Shown here one piece after another: positions 8,520 to 17,940 of a stretch of 21,503 nt of DNA. A program made the translations under genes and the position numbers. Position 1 is the stretch's first letter, and each line of letters opens with the position of its first letter. Source of the DNA: Thermodesulfobacteriota bacterium (GTDB lineage: Bacteria; Desulfobacterota; Desulfobulbia; Desulfobulbales; SURF-16); contig JBFMAY010000054.1 in assembly GCA_040755455.1 (NCBI GenBank), forward strand, positions 1-21,503. The letters are read 5' to 3'. The notes beneath the pieces were generated by a model. The model was given only the letters and a program-made list of their open reading frames with translations. It was not told the DNA's origin and ran no database searches.

Positions 8520-10061
8520 ATGAAGAAATACTTACTGACAGCAGGAGCGCTGCTGTTGTGGTCGGGAACAGCTGTGGCGGGAGGGGCAGATACCGTTACC
8601 ATGCCGGCAAACACCTATAAGGCTATCATGGATCGACTGGATGCCCTGCAGAAACGGGTTGACATGCTGGAAGAGAGCGGCAAGGCCGCCCCGGCACCGG
8701 CCCCTGCCGCCGTCACCCGCGAGGAATATGACAAGCTGAGCGGCGATATCGACAATATTTACGATACCCTTGACGTGGTGGAAACCAAGGCCCTGAAAGA
8801 CCGCATCAACTGGGGCGCCGAACTGAGAACCAGGGTGGACAATTACAAGTTGTCTGATCTGTCCGCGGCTGATATGGGCATCCGTCAGACTTCAACCGGT
8901 TTGGTGGCCGTTTTACCTGATGAGGATGACGAGGAGAATGATGATAATAACTGGACGAACCGCTTCCGGTTGAATATGGATGCCCAGATCAATCCGACGT
9001 TGAGCTTCCATGGCAGGATGACGGTCTACAAGAACTGGGGTGATTCCGATTATACCACAACTGCCCTGTATAACGATATGAACAGGGCGCACCGTCCGGA
9101 AACGAGCGGGGTCAAGCTTGACCGCGCCTATATTGACTGGGTCCCGGATTTTGTTGTTCCTATTGCAGTCACAGTCGGTCGTCATCCTTCCTCCGAGGGC
9201 CCGCCCCTGGAGTATAAGGAGAACAGGCCGCGCCAGTCCACCTATCCGGGGCTGCTCTTTGATGCGGAAAATGACGGTCTTGTCGTGACCCTTGGCCTCG
9301 AACGCTACACCGGTCTGAAGAATTCCGGATGGCGTCTGGCTTACGGCAAGGGATACCACACTGATGACGATGATTCCTCCAGCTTTTCCTTTTTTGATGA
9401 TGAATATGCCGAAGACACAGATATGTACGCCACCTTTTTGGAAAGCGAGATCCCCGGTCTGCAAAACAGCCTGGTGGTGTTGAGCTATGCCCATATGACT
9501 GATCTGCCCAGTTCGTTCCTGGGGCAGGATTCACCTGTCAATGTGGGTGATATGGATCTGTACGGCATCCATATGCAGGCATCCAGCTTCCTTGCTTCAA
9601 GGTTTGATATCTTCGCTTCCTGGGCAGCAAACAGAAGTGATACCAATGGCGAGGCCGTTGATTACTCCGCAGTGTTCGGCTATCCCGCCGGTACGGTGAA
9701 TATGGGGCTGTTGTCGGACGGCACTGAAGACAGGAGCGGTTCGAGTATTTTTGCCGGGGTGCGCTACACCATACCGTTCACTCCGCTGCATGACCCGAAA
9801 ATCGGTTTTGAGTACAACCACGGCTCCAAATACTGGATGAGCATGACCATGGCCAGCACCGAGATGTTCAACAAGCTGGCCACCCGTGGTGACGCCTATG
9901 AGCTGTACTATATCCAGCCGGTGAACGAAAATCTGTTCTTCCGGGCCGGTTATACCGTAATCGAATATGATTACACGGGCAGCGGTTCCCATCTGGGACA
10001 GCCCGCGGAAACGGATGCTGAGCTGGAGAATTACTATCTGCTGATGGATGTCCGTTTCTAA
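8520..10061 (+). CDS. DUF3373-type outer-membrane beta-barrel (porin-like) protein
   Basis: Signal peptide, N-terminal coiled coil (IMDRLDALQKRVDMLEE), PAPAPA linker, DRINWGAELRTRVD, WTNRFRLNM, YKNWG, DRAYIDW, EYNHGSKYW and KLATRG. Amphipathic beta strands and a terminal Phe (DVRF). The family was assigned from remembered motifs. Confidence 0.8.
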   Translation: MKKYLLTAGALLLWSGTAVAGGADTVTMPANTYKAIMDRLDALQKRVDMLEESGKAAPAPAPAAVTREEYDKLSGDIDNIYDTLDVVETKALKDRINWGAELRTRVDNYKLSDLSAADMGIRQTSTGLVAVLPDEDDEENDDNNWTNRFRLNMDAQINPTLSFHGRMTVYKNWGDSDYTTTALYNDMNRAHRPETSGVKLDRAYIDWVPDFVVPIAVTVGRHPSSEGPPLEYKENRPRQSTYPGLLFDAENDGLVVTLGLERYTGLKNSGWRLAYGKGYHTDDDDSSSFSFFDDEYAEDTDMYATFLESEIPGLQNSLVVLSYAHMTDLPSSFLGQDSPVNVGDMDLYGIHMQASSFLASRFDIFASWAANRSDTNGEAVDYSAVFGYPAGTVNMGLLSDGTEDRSGSSIFAGVRYTIPFTPLHDPKIGFEYNHGSKYWMSMTMASTEMFNKLATRGDAYELYYIQPVNENLFFRAGYTVIEYDYTGSGSHLGQPAETDAELENYYLLMDVRF

Positions 10062-10125
10062 GCAAGTGTCAGCCATGACGGGTTGACTGTCGATATCTTA
10101 ATAGAGCCAATGGCAGGCCTGTCTG

Positions 10126-10162
10126 AGATAGACCGCTCATTTTCCTGATGAGCGGTCTATCT
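10126..10162 (+). terminator. Strong hairpin after the porin gene (probable terminator or 3' stabiliser)
   Basis: Perfect 15-bp stem AGATAGACCGCTCAT / ATGAGCGGTCTATCT with a 7-nt loop, followed by a short T-rich tail (TATT). Confidence 0.65.
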
Positions 10163-10198
10163 TATTGAAAAGAAATATAAAATAATGACGGGGAATTC

Positions 10199-10207
10199 TG
10201 CTATAAT
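10199..10207 (+). promoter_or_regulatory. Extended -10 promoter element upstream of the MCP gene
   Basis: TG-c-TATAAT in an AT-rich intergenic region, about 50 nt before ATG 10260. Confidence 0.45.
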
Positions 10208-10259
10208 TTTTCAGGAAACGTAAAAATATATCAGATTCTGCAACCGGAGTTCGCTTACG

Positions 10260-12272
10260 ATGAATAGGAAATCCCAACCGCAATTTTCTTTCCGGGGCTC
10301 GTTGAAACTTAAAATTCTCATTCCGTCATTTATCATCATTTTTTTTCTTATCCTCATTGCCTCGCTGAGCTATAAAAATTTCCATTCTCTCGGGGCAACC
10401 GTTTCCGACATTATCCTCAGTTCGGAAAAGACGTTGACCGCGGAAAATAGGCTAACAACCCTCATCGGTCAGACCCAGCAGACTGTCAGCCGTTTTTTTT
10501 ATTTTACCAGTGATGCTGACCGGGATGAGGCAAAAAGCACCATCGCCGAACTGAAATCACTGGAGTCCATTGCCGGGGATAAACAGGTCATGGGTGCCCT
10601 GACCCAGCTTGAGCAGCTTGTTGAGGCGGCAGGGGTGCGCTTTGCGGCCCTTGCCAAACAGCAGGAGTCCGCCATGGCCCTGATCAGGGAGATCCGTACC
10701 GGCCTCTCTGCCGTCCCGCCTGAAAAGGCCAATGCCATAATGAGCGTGATTGATCTGGTCTCAGCCAACATGAAAGACCCGAATCCCGCGGACAAGGACC
10801 GGATTGAGCAGGAATTTGAACAGGTGTTGGCCGGCCTTGCCGGCGATCTGAAAGTCAACCTGGAGGATTTTTCCGACATTTGGGCCGGCCACAGCGCCGT
10901 TGCCCTCAAACTCAGGTCAGACACGACCCAGGCCCTGCAGGACACTCTGAATAGCCTGCGGGCATTTCAGGCCCAGCATATCAAGATGAGTCAGGAGGAA
11001 ATGGGACAAGTCCGGCAGAAAACCCTGCAGCAGATAAATTCCGCCGGTGTCCTCCTGGGGGTGGTTGGTCTTGCCGGTATTGTCATTTCCGTCGTCTTGG
11101 CCTTTTTCGTCGCCATTTCCATCAGCAAGCCCATCCTTGCCTGCGTGGCCATGGCCAACAGGGTGGCCCAGGGTGATGTGCGCGAAAATCTCAATATGCA
11201 GCAGACCGATGAGGTGGGCGATCTGGGACGCAGCATGGACCTCATGATCGTCGGACTGCGTAAGCGGGCCGAACTGGCTGAGGCGATTGCCTCCGGTGAT
11301 CTGACCAAGGAGGTCAATGTCTACTCGGAACACGATGTGCTTGGTAACTCATTGAGCCGCATGGTGGAAAATCTGGCCGGCATGATTGAGCAGATTCAGG
11401 AGAATTCCGCCCGGCTGAACCATTCCTCCGATCAATTGACCGCAATCGTCAATCAGCTCGCCACCAGTTCTGACGGAATGATCACCCATTCGGCAAAGGT
11501 TACCGACGCCACGGAAGATATGAACCGCCAGGTTGAACAGGCCTCCGTGATCGCCGGCGACATGCTGAAGGACATGGAAATGGTTGTCGAATCATCCCGG
11601 CAGATGTCTGAATCCGTTGGCGAGATCGGTAGAAATGCGGACCAGGGGGCAAGCATCACGGAAACGGCATTGGCCATGTCTGAGCAGGCCAGGGTGTCGA
11701 TGGAAAAATTGAACGCGGGCACCGAAGAGATAGGCGAGATCACCAAGGTCATCCATGATATTACCGAGCAGACCAAGCTGCTGGCCTTGAATGCCACCAT
11801 TGAAGCGGCGCGGGCCGGTGAGGCCGGCAAGGGCTTTGCCGTGGTGGCCGGCGAGGTCAAGGAGTTGGCCTTGCAGAGTTCCCAGGCGGCTGACCGCATT
11901 GCCTTGCAGATTACCGACGTGCAGAAGAACACCCATGCGGCGGTGAAGGCCATCGCCGATGTTGCCGGAATCGTCCAGAAGGCCCACGCCTCTTCCACCA
12001 CCATCTCTGCTTCGGTTGAAAGCCAAAGCAGGATGACGGGGGAGATCACCACTACGGTTTCCCAGTCCCATGCCGGAGTTAACCATGTGGCGGAGGCGAT
12101 TCATCTGCTCTCTTCCGGAGCCTCACAGGTTGCCGACAATATCCAGCAGATTGATCAGGAAATCAAGGCGGGCGGCACGGAACTGCAGAAGATCAGCGCA
12201 TCGACCAGCGAGCTTGTCGAACTGGCCGCGGGTCTCAAGAGGTTGGTGGAAAAATTCAGGATTTCCTCTTGA
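10260..12272 (+). CDS. Methyl-accepting chemotaxis protein (2 TM, periplasmic helical sensor, HAMP domain(s), signalling domain)
   Basis: TM1 ([18 protein letters not shown]), TM2 ([22 protein letters not shown]), HAMP ([10 protein letters not shown]) and hairpin tip [34 protein letters not shown]. Confidence 0.95.
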   Translation: MNRKSQPQFSFRGSLKLKILIPSFIIIFFLILIASLSYKNFHSLGATVSDIILSSEKTLTAENRLTTLIGQTQQTVSRFFYFTSDADRDEAKSTIAELKSLESIAGDKQVMGALTQLEQLVEAAGVRFAALAKQQESAMALIREIRTGLSAVPPEKANAIMSVIDLVSANMKDPNPADKDRIEQEFEQVLAGLAGDLKVNLEDFSDIWAGHSAVALKLRSDTTQALQDTLNSLRAFQAQHIKMSQEEMGQVRQKTLQQINSAGVLLGVVGLAGIVISVVLAFFVAISISKPILACVAMANRVAQGDVRENLNMQQTDEVGDLGRSMDLMIVGLRKRAELAEAIASGDLTKEVNVYSEHDVLGNSLSRMVENLAGMIEQIQENSARLNHSSDQLTAIVNQLATSSDGMITHSAKVTDATEDMNRQVEQASVIAGDMLKDMEMVVESSRQMSESVGEIGRNADQGASITETALAMSEQARVSMEKLNAGTEEIGEITKVIHDITEQTKLLALNATIEAARAGEAGKGFAVVAGEVKELALQSSQAADRIALQITDVQKNTHAAVKAIADVAGIVQKAHASSTTISASVESQSRMTGEITTTVSQSHAGVNHVAEAIHLLSSGASQVADNIQQIDQEIKAGGTELQKISASTSELVELAAGLKRLVEKFRISS

Positions 12273-12300
12273 GCTTTAGTCTGAACGGTAAGGCAGGTTG

Positions 12301-12323
12301 AAAAAGTCACGAAAATTCGTGGC
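12301..12323 (-). terminator. Possible intrinsic terminator between the convergent MCP and HD-GYP genes
   Basis: GTCACGA-aaat-TCGTGGC imperfect hairpin preceded by AAAAA, which is a U-tract on the minus strand. Confidence 0.35.
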
Positions 12324-12350
12324 AATAGTCGGAAAAATTTAAAATGCCGT

Positions 12351-13406
12351 TTACTTAATATTATGGTCCGCGCATTGCTCTTTGATCCGCAGGATGGTTT
12401 CCATGTTCTGCAGGAATATATCCAGCAGGTCGGGATCAAAATGGCTCCCCCTACCTTGTTTCAGGATTTCAACGGCCTTATCGACCTCGATTGCTGATTT
12501 GTAAACGCGATTTGTGGTCAGGGCGTCAAATACATCGCTGATGGCGGCAATTCTGCCTTCGACGGGAATGGCCGTGCCTTGCAGTTTTCGCGGATAGCCG
12601 CTGCCGTCAAATTTTTCATGATGGGTATAGGCTATTGAAGCACCGAGGCGGAGCGAGTCCGACTTGGCATCGGACAGAATGCGGTAGCCTATTTCCGGGT
12701 GCTGCTGGATAATGGCGAATTCCTCATCCGTAAGCTTGCCGGGTTTCAACAAAATGGTGTCGGATATGCCGATTTTGCCGATATCATGCAGGGGGCTGGC
12801 CAGGCGGATCTGCTCACACTGGCTTTCCGGCAGGCCGTATTGCCGCGCCAGCAACTGGCAATAATAGCTCATTCTGATGGTGTGCTGGGCTGTTTCGTTG
12901 TCCCGGAACTCGGCGGCCTTGCCAAGGGTCATGATCGTTTCTTCCCTGGCAAGATAAAGTTCCTCTGTCCTGGCCTCGACCAGTTCCTTGAGTTGCTGGT
13001 TGTATCTTTTGTTGATAATTTCCAGCTCCCTGCGGTGCAGCGCATTGGCGACATTGATGACGAGTTCGTTCATCTGCACGGGTTTGATGATGTAGCCGTA
13101 GGCGCCGATTTCAAGACAGTTGATGGCAACATCCCGGTCATCAACACCGCTTATCATAAGCACGGCCAGGTTGCTGTGTTTCTTTACCACGGTGCGCAGT
13201 AGATCAATACCGCTCATCACCGGCATATTGATATCGGACAGCAGCAGCGAAAAGTCCTGCTGCTCAAGTATCCGCAACGCTTCTTTCCCGTTGTGGGCAA
13301 TCTGACACTTATAGCCGGCATAAACAAGAAGGCGGAAAAAGGTATCACAGATGACATCTTCATCATCAACTATGAGAATTTTGTGTAGCGATTGAATGTT
13401 TTTCAT
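12351..13406 (-). CDS. Response regulator with HD-GYP c-di-GMP phosphodiesterase domain (RpfG-like)
   Basis: REC (ILIVDDE, LSDINMP, IKP), then AAEFRDNETAQH, PLHDIGKIG, HHEKFDGSGYP and DVFDALT. Confidence 0.93.
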   Translation of the reverse strand: MKNIQSLHKILIVDDEDVICDTFFRLLVYAGYKCQIAHNGKEALRILEQQDFSLLLSDINMPVMSGIDLLRTVVKKHSNLAVLMISGVDDRDVAINCLEIGAYGYIIKPVQMNELVINVANALHRRELEIINKRYNQQLKELVEARTEELYLAREETIMTLGKAAEFRDNETAQHTIRMSYYCQLLARQYGLPESQCEQIRLASPLHDIGKIGISDTILLKPGKLTDEEFAIIQQHPEIGYRILSDAKSDSLRLGASIAYTHHEKFDGSGYPRKLQGTAIPVEGRIAAISDVFDALTTNRVYKSAIEVDKAVEILKQGRGSHFDPDLLDIFLQNMETILRIKEQCADHNIK

Positions 13407-13650
13407 GATTTTTTGATCTTATCATGTCATCCGCCGAATATTCAACAAAAATGAGGAGCGGCGCAGGGTAATGATAAAAAAAATTGTAAAATATATCTAT
13501 TGGTTATGCAGTCGTCTACCGGAAATTGTTCTGAACAGAACTAAAAAAGGCAAGGGAAAGGTGAGCGGTTTCTCGCGGCAGATTTTTTTCTGCCAACTGA
13601 GACTGGTAGCCTTGCCAAGTGCCGGTTCTTCATTATGCCAGCTGTAAAAC

Positions 13651-13679
13651 TTGACAAAATTCTTTGATAAGCATAATCT
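13651..13679 (+). promoter_or_regulatory. Putative sigma70 promoter of the hisI-hisG-yihA unit
   Basis: TTGACA (13651-13656), N17, TAATCT (13674-13679). Confidence 0.5.
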
Positions 13680-13784
13680 GCAGGCTTTGAGTTTGGCTTG
13701 GCAATCTTTTTGTAGGTTAGGATGGGTGTCAGATAGCCTTTTTATAAGCCGATAGGCAGATTGACTGCCAGGTCAGGTGAAGCT

Positions 13785-14321
13785 TTGGATTTGCTTTGCG
13801 AGAAATATCAGGAAAAGGTCGATTCCGGTCAGGCCGTCTGTTCCCATCCGGGTGAATACTGCCGTTACAGAACGGCATGCATGATTCATTTCATTGAACA
13901 GGAAAATAAATGGGAACAGCGGGCAAAAAAGCGGGAAAAAATGATACAGAAACTCAGATTTGACAAAGGGGGAGGGCTTCTGCCGGTGATTGCCCAAGAT
14001 CACCTGACCGGCGAGGTTCTCATGTTGGCATATATCAACCAGGAAGCCTGGGAGAAAACCCTGTCCACCGGCAAGGCCCATTACTGGAGCCGTTCGCGCA
14101 ACAAGCTCTGGCTCAAGGGTGAATCATCCAACCATGTGCAGCTGGTCAAGGAAATTCTGGTTGATTGCGATGAAGATACGGTTGTATACAAGGTTGAACA
14201 GCTGGGCGGCGCGGCGTGCCATACCGGCTATCGCAGTTGTTTTTTCCGTCGGGTGCAAGATGACGAACTGGTTATCAAAGACAAACCTGTGTTTGATCCG
14301 CAGGAGGTATATAAGAAATGA
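13785..14321 (+). CDS. hisI: Phosphoribosyl-AMP cyclohydrolase with an in-frame N-terminal Cys-rich extension (core domain from ATG 13941)
   Basis: [36 protein letters not shown] and [10 protein letters not shown] motifs. The upstream frame is open back to TTG 13785 (AGGTGA upstream) or 13761. Confidence 0.88.
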   Translation: MDLLCEKYQEKVDSGQAVCSHPGEYCRYRTACMIHFIEQENKWEQRAKKREKMIQKLRFDKGGGLLPVIAQDHLTGEVLMLAYINQEAWEKTLSTGKAHYWSRSRNKLWLKGESSNHVQLVKEILVDCDEDTVVYKVEQLGGAACHTGYRSCFFRRVQDDELVIKDKPVFDPQEVYKK

Positions 14322-15190
14322 ATCAATTAAAGCTTGGCATTCCCAAGGGCAGCCTGGAAAAGGCGACCATTGAGCTTTTTGCCAAATCCGGCTGGCAGAT
14401 TAAGCTTTCATCAAGAAACTATTTCCCGGAGATTGACGATCCTGAACTTTCCTGCTCGATCTGCCGCCCGCAGGAGATGTCCCGCTATATTGAAAAAGGG
14501 ATCCTTGATGCCGGTATTACCGGCAAGGACTGGACGCTGGAAAATGAATCGGATGTGGTTGTTGTTGAAGATCTCGTCTACTCCAAGGTGAGCCGCAAAC
14601 CCACCCGCTGGGTCATCGCCGTGCCGGGCGATTCCGCGATCAAGACCATCGAGGATCTGGAGGGCAAGAAAATCGCCACGGAACTGGTGGGCTATACCAG
14701 ACGCTTTTTCGCGGAAAGAAATATCCGGGTTGAAATCGAATTTTCCTGGGGCGCCACCGAGGCCAAGGTGGTTTCCGGCCTTGCCGATGCCATCGTCGAA
14801 GTGACGGAAACCGAGTCCACCATCCGGGCCCATGGCTTGAAAATCATCTATGAGCTGATGTCCTCCAATACGCAGCTGATTGCCAACAAGGCAGCCTGGG
14901 CCGACCCATGGAAACGCGAAAAGATTGAAAATATCGCCATGCTGTTGCAGGGTGCGCTCCGGGCGGACAAGATTGTCGGCCTGAAGATGAATGTGCCGGA
15001 GGAAAAACTTGAAAAGGTAATCGCCATGCTGCCCAGTATGAATGGCCCCACCATTGCTCCTCTTTATAACACAAAGTGGTTTTCGGTGGAGACCGTTATT
15101 TCCGAACATCAGGTGCGTGATCTTATTCCCGGGCTTCTCAAGGCAGGTGCGGAAGGTATCATCGAATACGCCTTGAATAAGGTGATCTAA
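14318..15190 (+). CDS. hisG: ATP phosphoribosyltransferase, long form
   Basis: [31 protein letters not shown] and [10 protein letters not shown] motifs; C-terminal regulatory domain ending [12 protein letters not shown] overlap with hisI. Confidence 0.96.
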   Translation: MNQLKLGIPKGSLEKATIELFAKSGWQIKLSSRNYFPEIDDPELSCSICRPQEMSRYIEKGILDAGITGKDWTLENESDVVVVEDLVYSKVSRKPTRWVIAVPGDSAIKTIEDLEGKKIATELVGYTRRFFAERNIRVEIEFSWGATEAKVVSGLADAIVEVTETESTIRAHGLKIIYELMSSNTQLIANKAAWADPWKREKIENIAMLLQGALRADKIVGLKMNVPEEKLEKVIAMLPSMNGPTIAPLYNTKWFSVETVISEHQVRDLIPGLLKAGAEGIIEYALNKVI

Positions 15191-15193
15191 TTG

Positions 15194-15784
15194 ATGGCCA
15201 TATGGCAAAATGGAGAGGCGGTTTTTGTAAAAAGTGTTTTTAACACATCCCAGTTGCCTGCGCCGCAATATGCGGAAGTCGCCTTTGCCGGCCGCTCCAA
15301 TGTGGGCAAGTCGAGCCTCATCAACAAACTTTTGAACCGCCGTGATCTTGTCAAGGTGAGTTCCGTGCCCGGCAAGACCCAGAGCCTGAATTTTTTTCTG
15401 CTCGGTCAGGAGCTCTATCTCGTTGATCTGCCAGGCTATGGCTTTGCCAAGGTGCCGCGCAGGATAAAAAATGACTGGAAGGGTTTGATTTCTTCCTATA
15501 TTCTAAACCGACAGACATTGATCTGCGTGGTGGTGATTATCGATATCCGCCATGAGGTGAAAAGTCAGGACCTGGAACTGGTAACCTGGCTGAAAAATGA
15601 ACATATTCCACTGCTGCTGGTATATACCAAGCAGGATAAGTTGACGGCCAATAAACGACTGCACCAGGCTGCCGTTCTTGATGCCGGTTTCGGCATTTCC
15701 AGGGAGGAGCATGTGCTGTTTTCCGCGAAAACCGGGGAGGGGAGGGAGGAGCTCATTTCTAAAATCGAACAGTTTGCCGTATAG
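15194..15784 (+). CDS. yihA: Ribosome biogenesis GTP-binding protein YihA/YsxC (EngB)
   Basis: EVAFAGRSNVGKSSLIN (G1), PGKTQ (G2), VDLPGYG (G3), TKQDK (G4) and FSA (G5). Confidence 0.95.
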   Translation: MAIWQNGEAVFVKSVFNTSQLPAPQYAEVAFAGRSNVGKSSLINKLLNRRDLVKVSSVPGKTQSLNFFLLGQELYLVDLPGYGFAKVPRRIKNDWKGLISSYILNRQTLICVVVIIDIRHEVKSQDLELVTWLKNEHIPLLLVYTKQDKLTANKRLHQAAVLDAGFGISREEHVLFSAKTGEGREELISKIEQFAV

Positions 15785-15871
15785 GGTTTAAGCGTGTGGG
15801 TCTCAGAGAGTGAATGGGGCTCGAATTGATCATCTTTGAATAAGGGGAAACTCTTGAGTGAGAGGGTGGAA

Positions 15872-16195
15872 ATGCTTAGAGAGACAGCATTGAACGAGGT
15901 GGAAGTACCATTAAGTGAAGTGAATGTGATGTCTGTAAGTTCTCAATATGCCTGTTGGGAAATTATGCAATGCGGCAATCAAATATGCCCTGCCCGCGTC
16001 CAGCGCAACATTCCCTGCTGGGAGATTGCCAGTAAGCTGAATGATTATCGTAGCGCTTTAAATGTCTGTTCCGACTGTATCGTTTACCTGCGTCACCATA
16101 AAAATTCCATTCTCTCCAATAAGGAGATTGATGAGATCCTCAAGCAGAAAGGGGTTTGCATGCTGCGGGACAAATGCCAGCAAAAAGCGGATTGA
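15872..16195 (+). CDS. Small two-CW-domain Cys-rich protein
   Basis: CWEIMQC-GNQI-CPA...PCWEI...CSDCIVY pattern. Likely start ATG 15872 with GAGGGTGG upstream; the start is uncertain (15836-15929). Confidence 0.7.
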   Translation: MLRETALNEVEVPLSEVNVMSVSSQYACWEIMQCGNQICPARVQRNIPCWEIASKLNDYRSALNVCSDCIVYLRHHKNSILSNKEIDEILKQKGVCMLRDKCQQKAD

Positions 16196-16244
16196 TTGAC
16201 CCGCGGCAAAAAAAAATATCCGTCACCGGCGATGCGTGGCTCCT

Positions 16245-16266
16245 GCCGCTGCCCTGGGGCAGCGGC
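16245..16266. terminator. GC-rich hairpin between convergent genes
   Basis: GCCGCTGCC-ctgg-GGCAGCGGC, a perfect 9-bp stem between the stops at 16195 and 16301. Confidence 0.5.
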
Positions 16267-16300
16267 GCGGCATTTTGTAAGCAGCCGCAGCGATCGTCTG

Positions 16301-17866
16301 TTACCCTGGCCTGCCCCAGCCCCCGCCGCCGGGCGTCTTGATGATCAGCCGGTCGCCCGGCATTGCCGCCAGGTTGGTTTTGCCGGCTATCTTCCCGCTT
16401 TTGCCCCGGCGGATCAGGAGATTTTCCCCTTTCCGACCGGATGAGCCGCCCTGCAGGCCGTAGGGCGGCATTTCTCTTCGCTCTGTCAGCAGCGACACCT
16501 GTCCTGCTGACAGAAATCGATAGGAGCGGATGATGCCGTCTCCTCCCTGCTGTTGCCCCTTCCCCCCTGATCCGTAACGGATGGCGTATTTTTCAATCTG
16601 CAGCGGATAGCTGTGTTCCAGGGCCTCCACGGGGGTATTCATGGTGTTGGTCATGTGGGTATGGATTGCCGAGATGCCGGGGCTGCCCGGCCGCCCTCCC
16701 ATGCCGCCGCCGATGGTTTCGTAGTAGGTGTATTGCCTGCCAGTTCTGTGGTCGATGCCGCCGATGGCGATATTGTTCATCGAGCCGCAGCTGGCGGCCG
16801 GGATTTTTTCCGGACTGGCCAGGGCCAAGGCCCCGAAAAGGGTGTCGACGATGCGTTGCGAGGTCTCCACATTGCCGGCTGCGACCGGGGCCGGCGGCAG
16901 GGCATTGAGCAGGGAGCCGGGCCGGGTGACGATGCGGATGGGCCGGTAGCTCCCCTGGTTGATGGGAAATCCCTCACCCAGCAGACACTGGAAGACGTAA
17001 ATGGCGGCGGAGCTCACCACGGACTCCACCGTATTGAGCGGCGAGCCCACCTGATCCGCCGACCTGGTGAAATCTGCCACCGCCTCATCATGGGCAATGG
17101 TGAGCGCAACCCTGATGGGCAGTCTTTTTTTTGTTATCCCGTCATTATCCAGAAAATCGCAGAACTCATAAGTCCCGTCCGGCAGGGCGTCAATGGCTGA
17201 GCGCATGAGCCGCTCGGCATAGTCCTTCAGCTGACCGAGGATTGCGGCAACGTGGCCGGAGCCATATTTGCCATGCAGCTCCAGCAGTCGGGTCTTGCCC
17301 CGTTTGAGGGCCGCGAGCTGGGCCCTGATGTCGCCGCTGCGCTCTTCGGGATTTCTGACGGCGGCGAGAAAACCATCAAGGAAATCATAGTTTATCTCGC
17401 CCCGGCAGGCAAGCAGGGTAGGGGGAATCAGCACCCCTTCGTCGGCAATATCGGTGACAAAGCCCATGGAGCCTGGGTTTTTGCCGCCCACATCAGCATG
17501 ATGGGCCCGGTTCGCCGCATAAAACAGCGGCCTGCCGCTCCTGTCGTGCACCGCCTCAACCAGGGTGATATCCGGCAGATGGCTGCCGCCGTGGAAAGGG
17601 TCGTTGACAATGACCACATCCCCCGGCGCCAGGCAGTGCGAGGCCAGGACATGCCGCAGGGTTTGCGGCATGGCGCCGAGATGCACGGGAATATGGGCCG
17701 CCTGGGCGACAAGATCACCGCCGGCGTCAAAGATGGCGCAGGAAAAATCCCGTCTTTCCTTGATGTTGGAGGAAAAGGAGGAGCGGGTGAGAATAATGCC
17801 CATTTCCTCGGCAATGGAGGCAAAGAGCTTATTGAAGACTTCAACTTCGATTATGTCCATTAACAT
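16301..17866 (-). CDS. Hydantoinase B / 5-oxoprolinase family subunit
   Basis: SIAEEMG, SSNIKERRDFSCAIFD, HIPVHLG, NDPFHGGSHLPDI, HHADVGG, GNVETSQR, YYETIGGG, HMTNTMNTPVE and TPGGGGWG. Start is 17866 or 17860. Confidence 0.93.
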   Translation of the reverse strand: MLMDIIEVEVFNKLFASIAEEMGIILTRSSFSSNIKERRDFSCAIFDAGGDLVAQAAHIPVHLGAMPQTLRHVLASHCLAPGDVVIVNDPFHGGSHLPDITLVEAVHDRSGRPLFYAANRAHHADVGGKNPGSMGFVTDIADEGVLIPPTLLACRGEINYDFLDGFLAAVRNPEERSGDIRAQLAALKRGKTRLLELHGKYGSGHVAAILGQLKDYAERLMRSAIDALPDGTYEFCDFLDNDGITKKRLPIRVALTIAHDEAVADFTRSADQVGSPLNTVESVVSSAAIYVFQCLLGEGFPINQGSYRPIRIVTRPGSLLNALPPAPVAAGNVETSQRIVDTLFGALALASPEKIPAASCGSMNNIAIGGIDHRTGRQYTYYETIGGGMGGRPGSPGISAIHTHMTNTMNTPVEALEHSYPLQIEKYAIRYGSGGKGQQQGGDGIIRSYRFLSAGQVSLLTERREMPPYGLQGGSSGRKGENLLIRRGKSGKIAGKTNLAAMPGDRLIIKTPGGGGWGRPG

Positions 17867-17940
17867 ATTTCCGGCATGTGGTTGGTTGTCTTGTCATTGT
17901 GTCAAACGACACCTCGCCCGGAACTCGGTATGTTCACGGG

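Noticed and set aside
14411..15268. 285-aa minus-strand ORF
   Set aside because: Antisense shadow of hisG. The same applies to the long shadow ORFs over ldcA, the MCP, hydantoinase B and the S8 gene.
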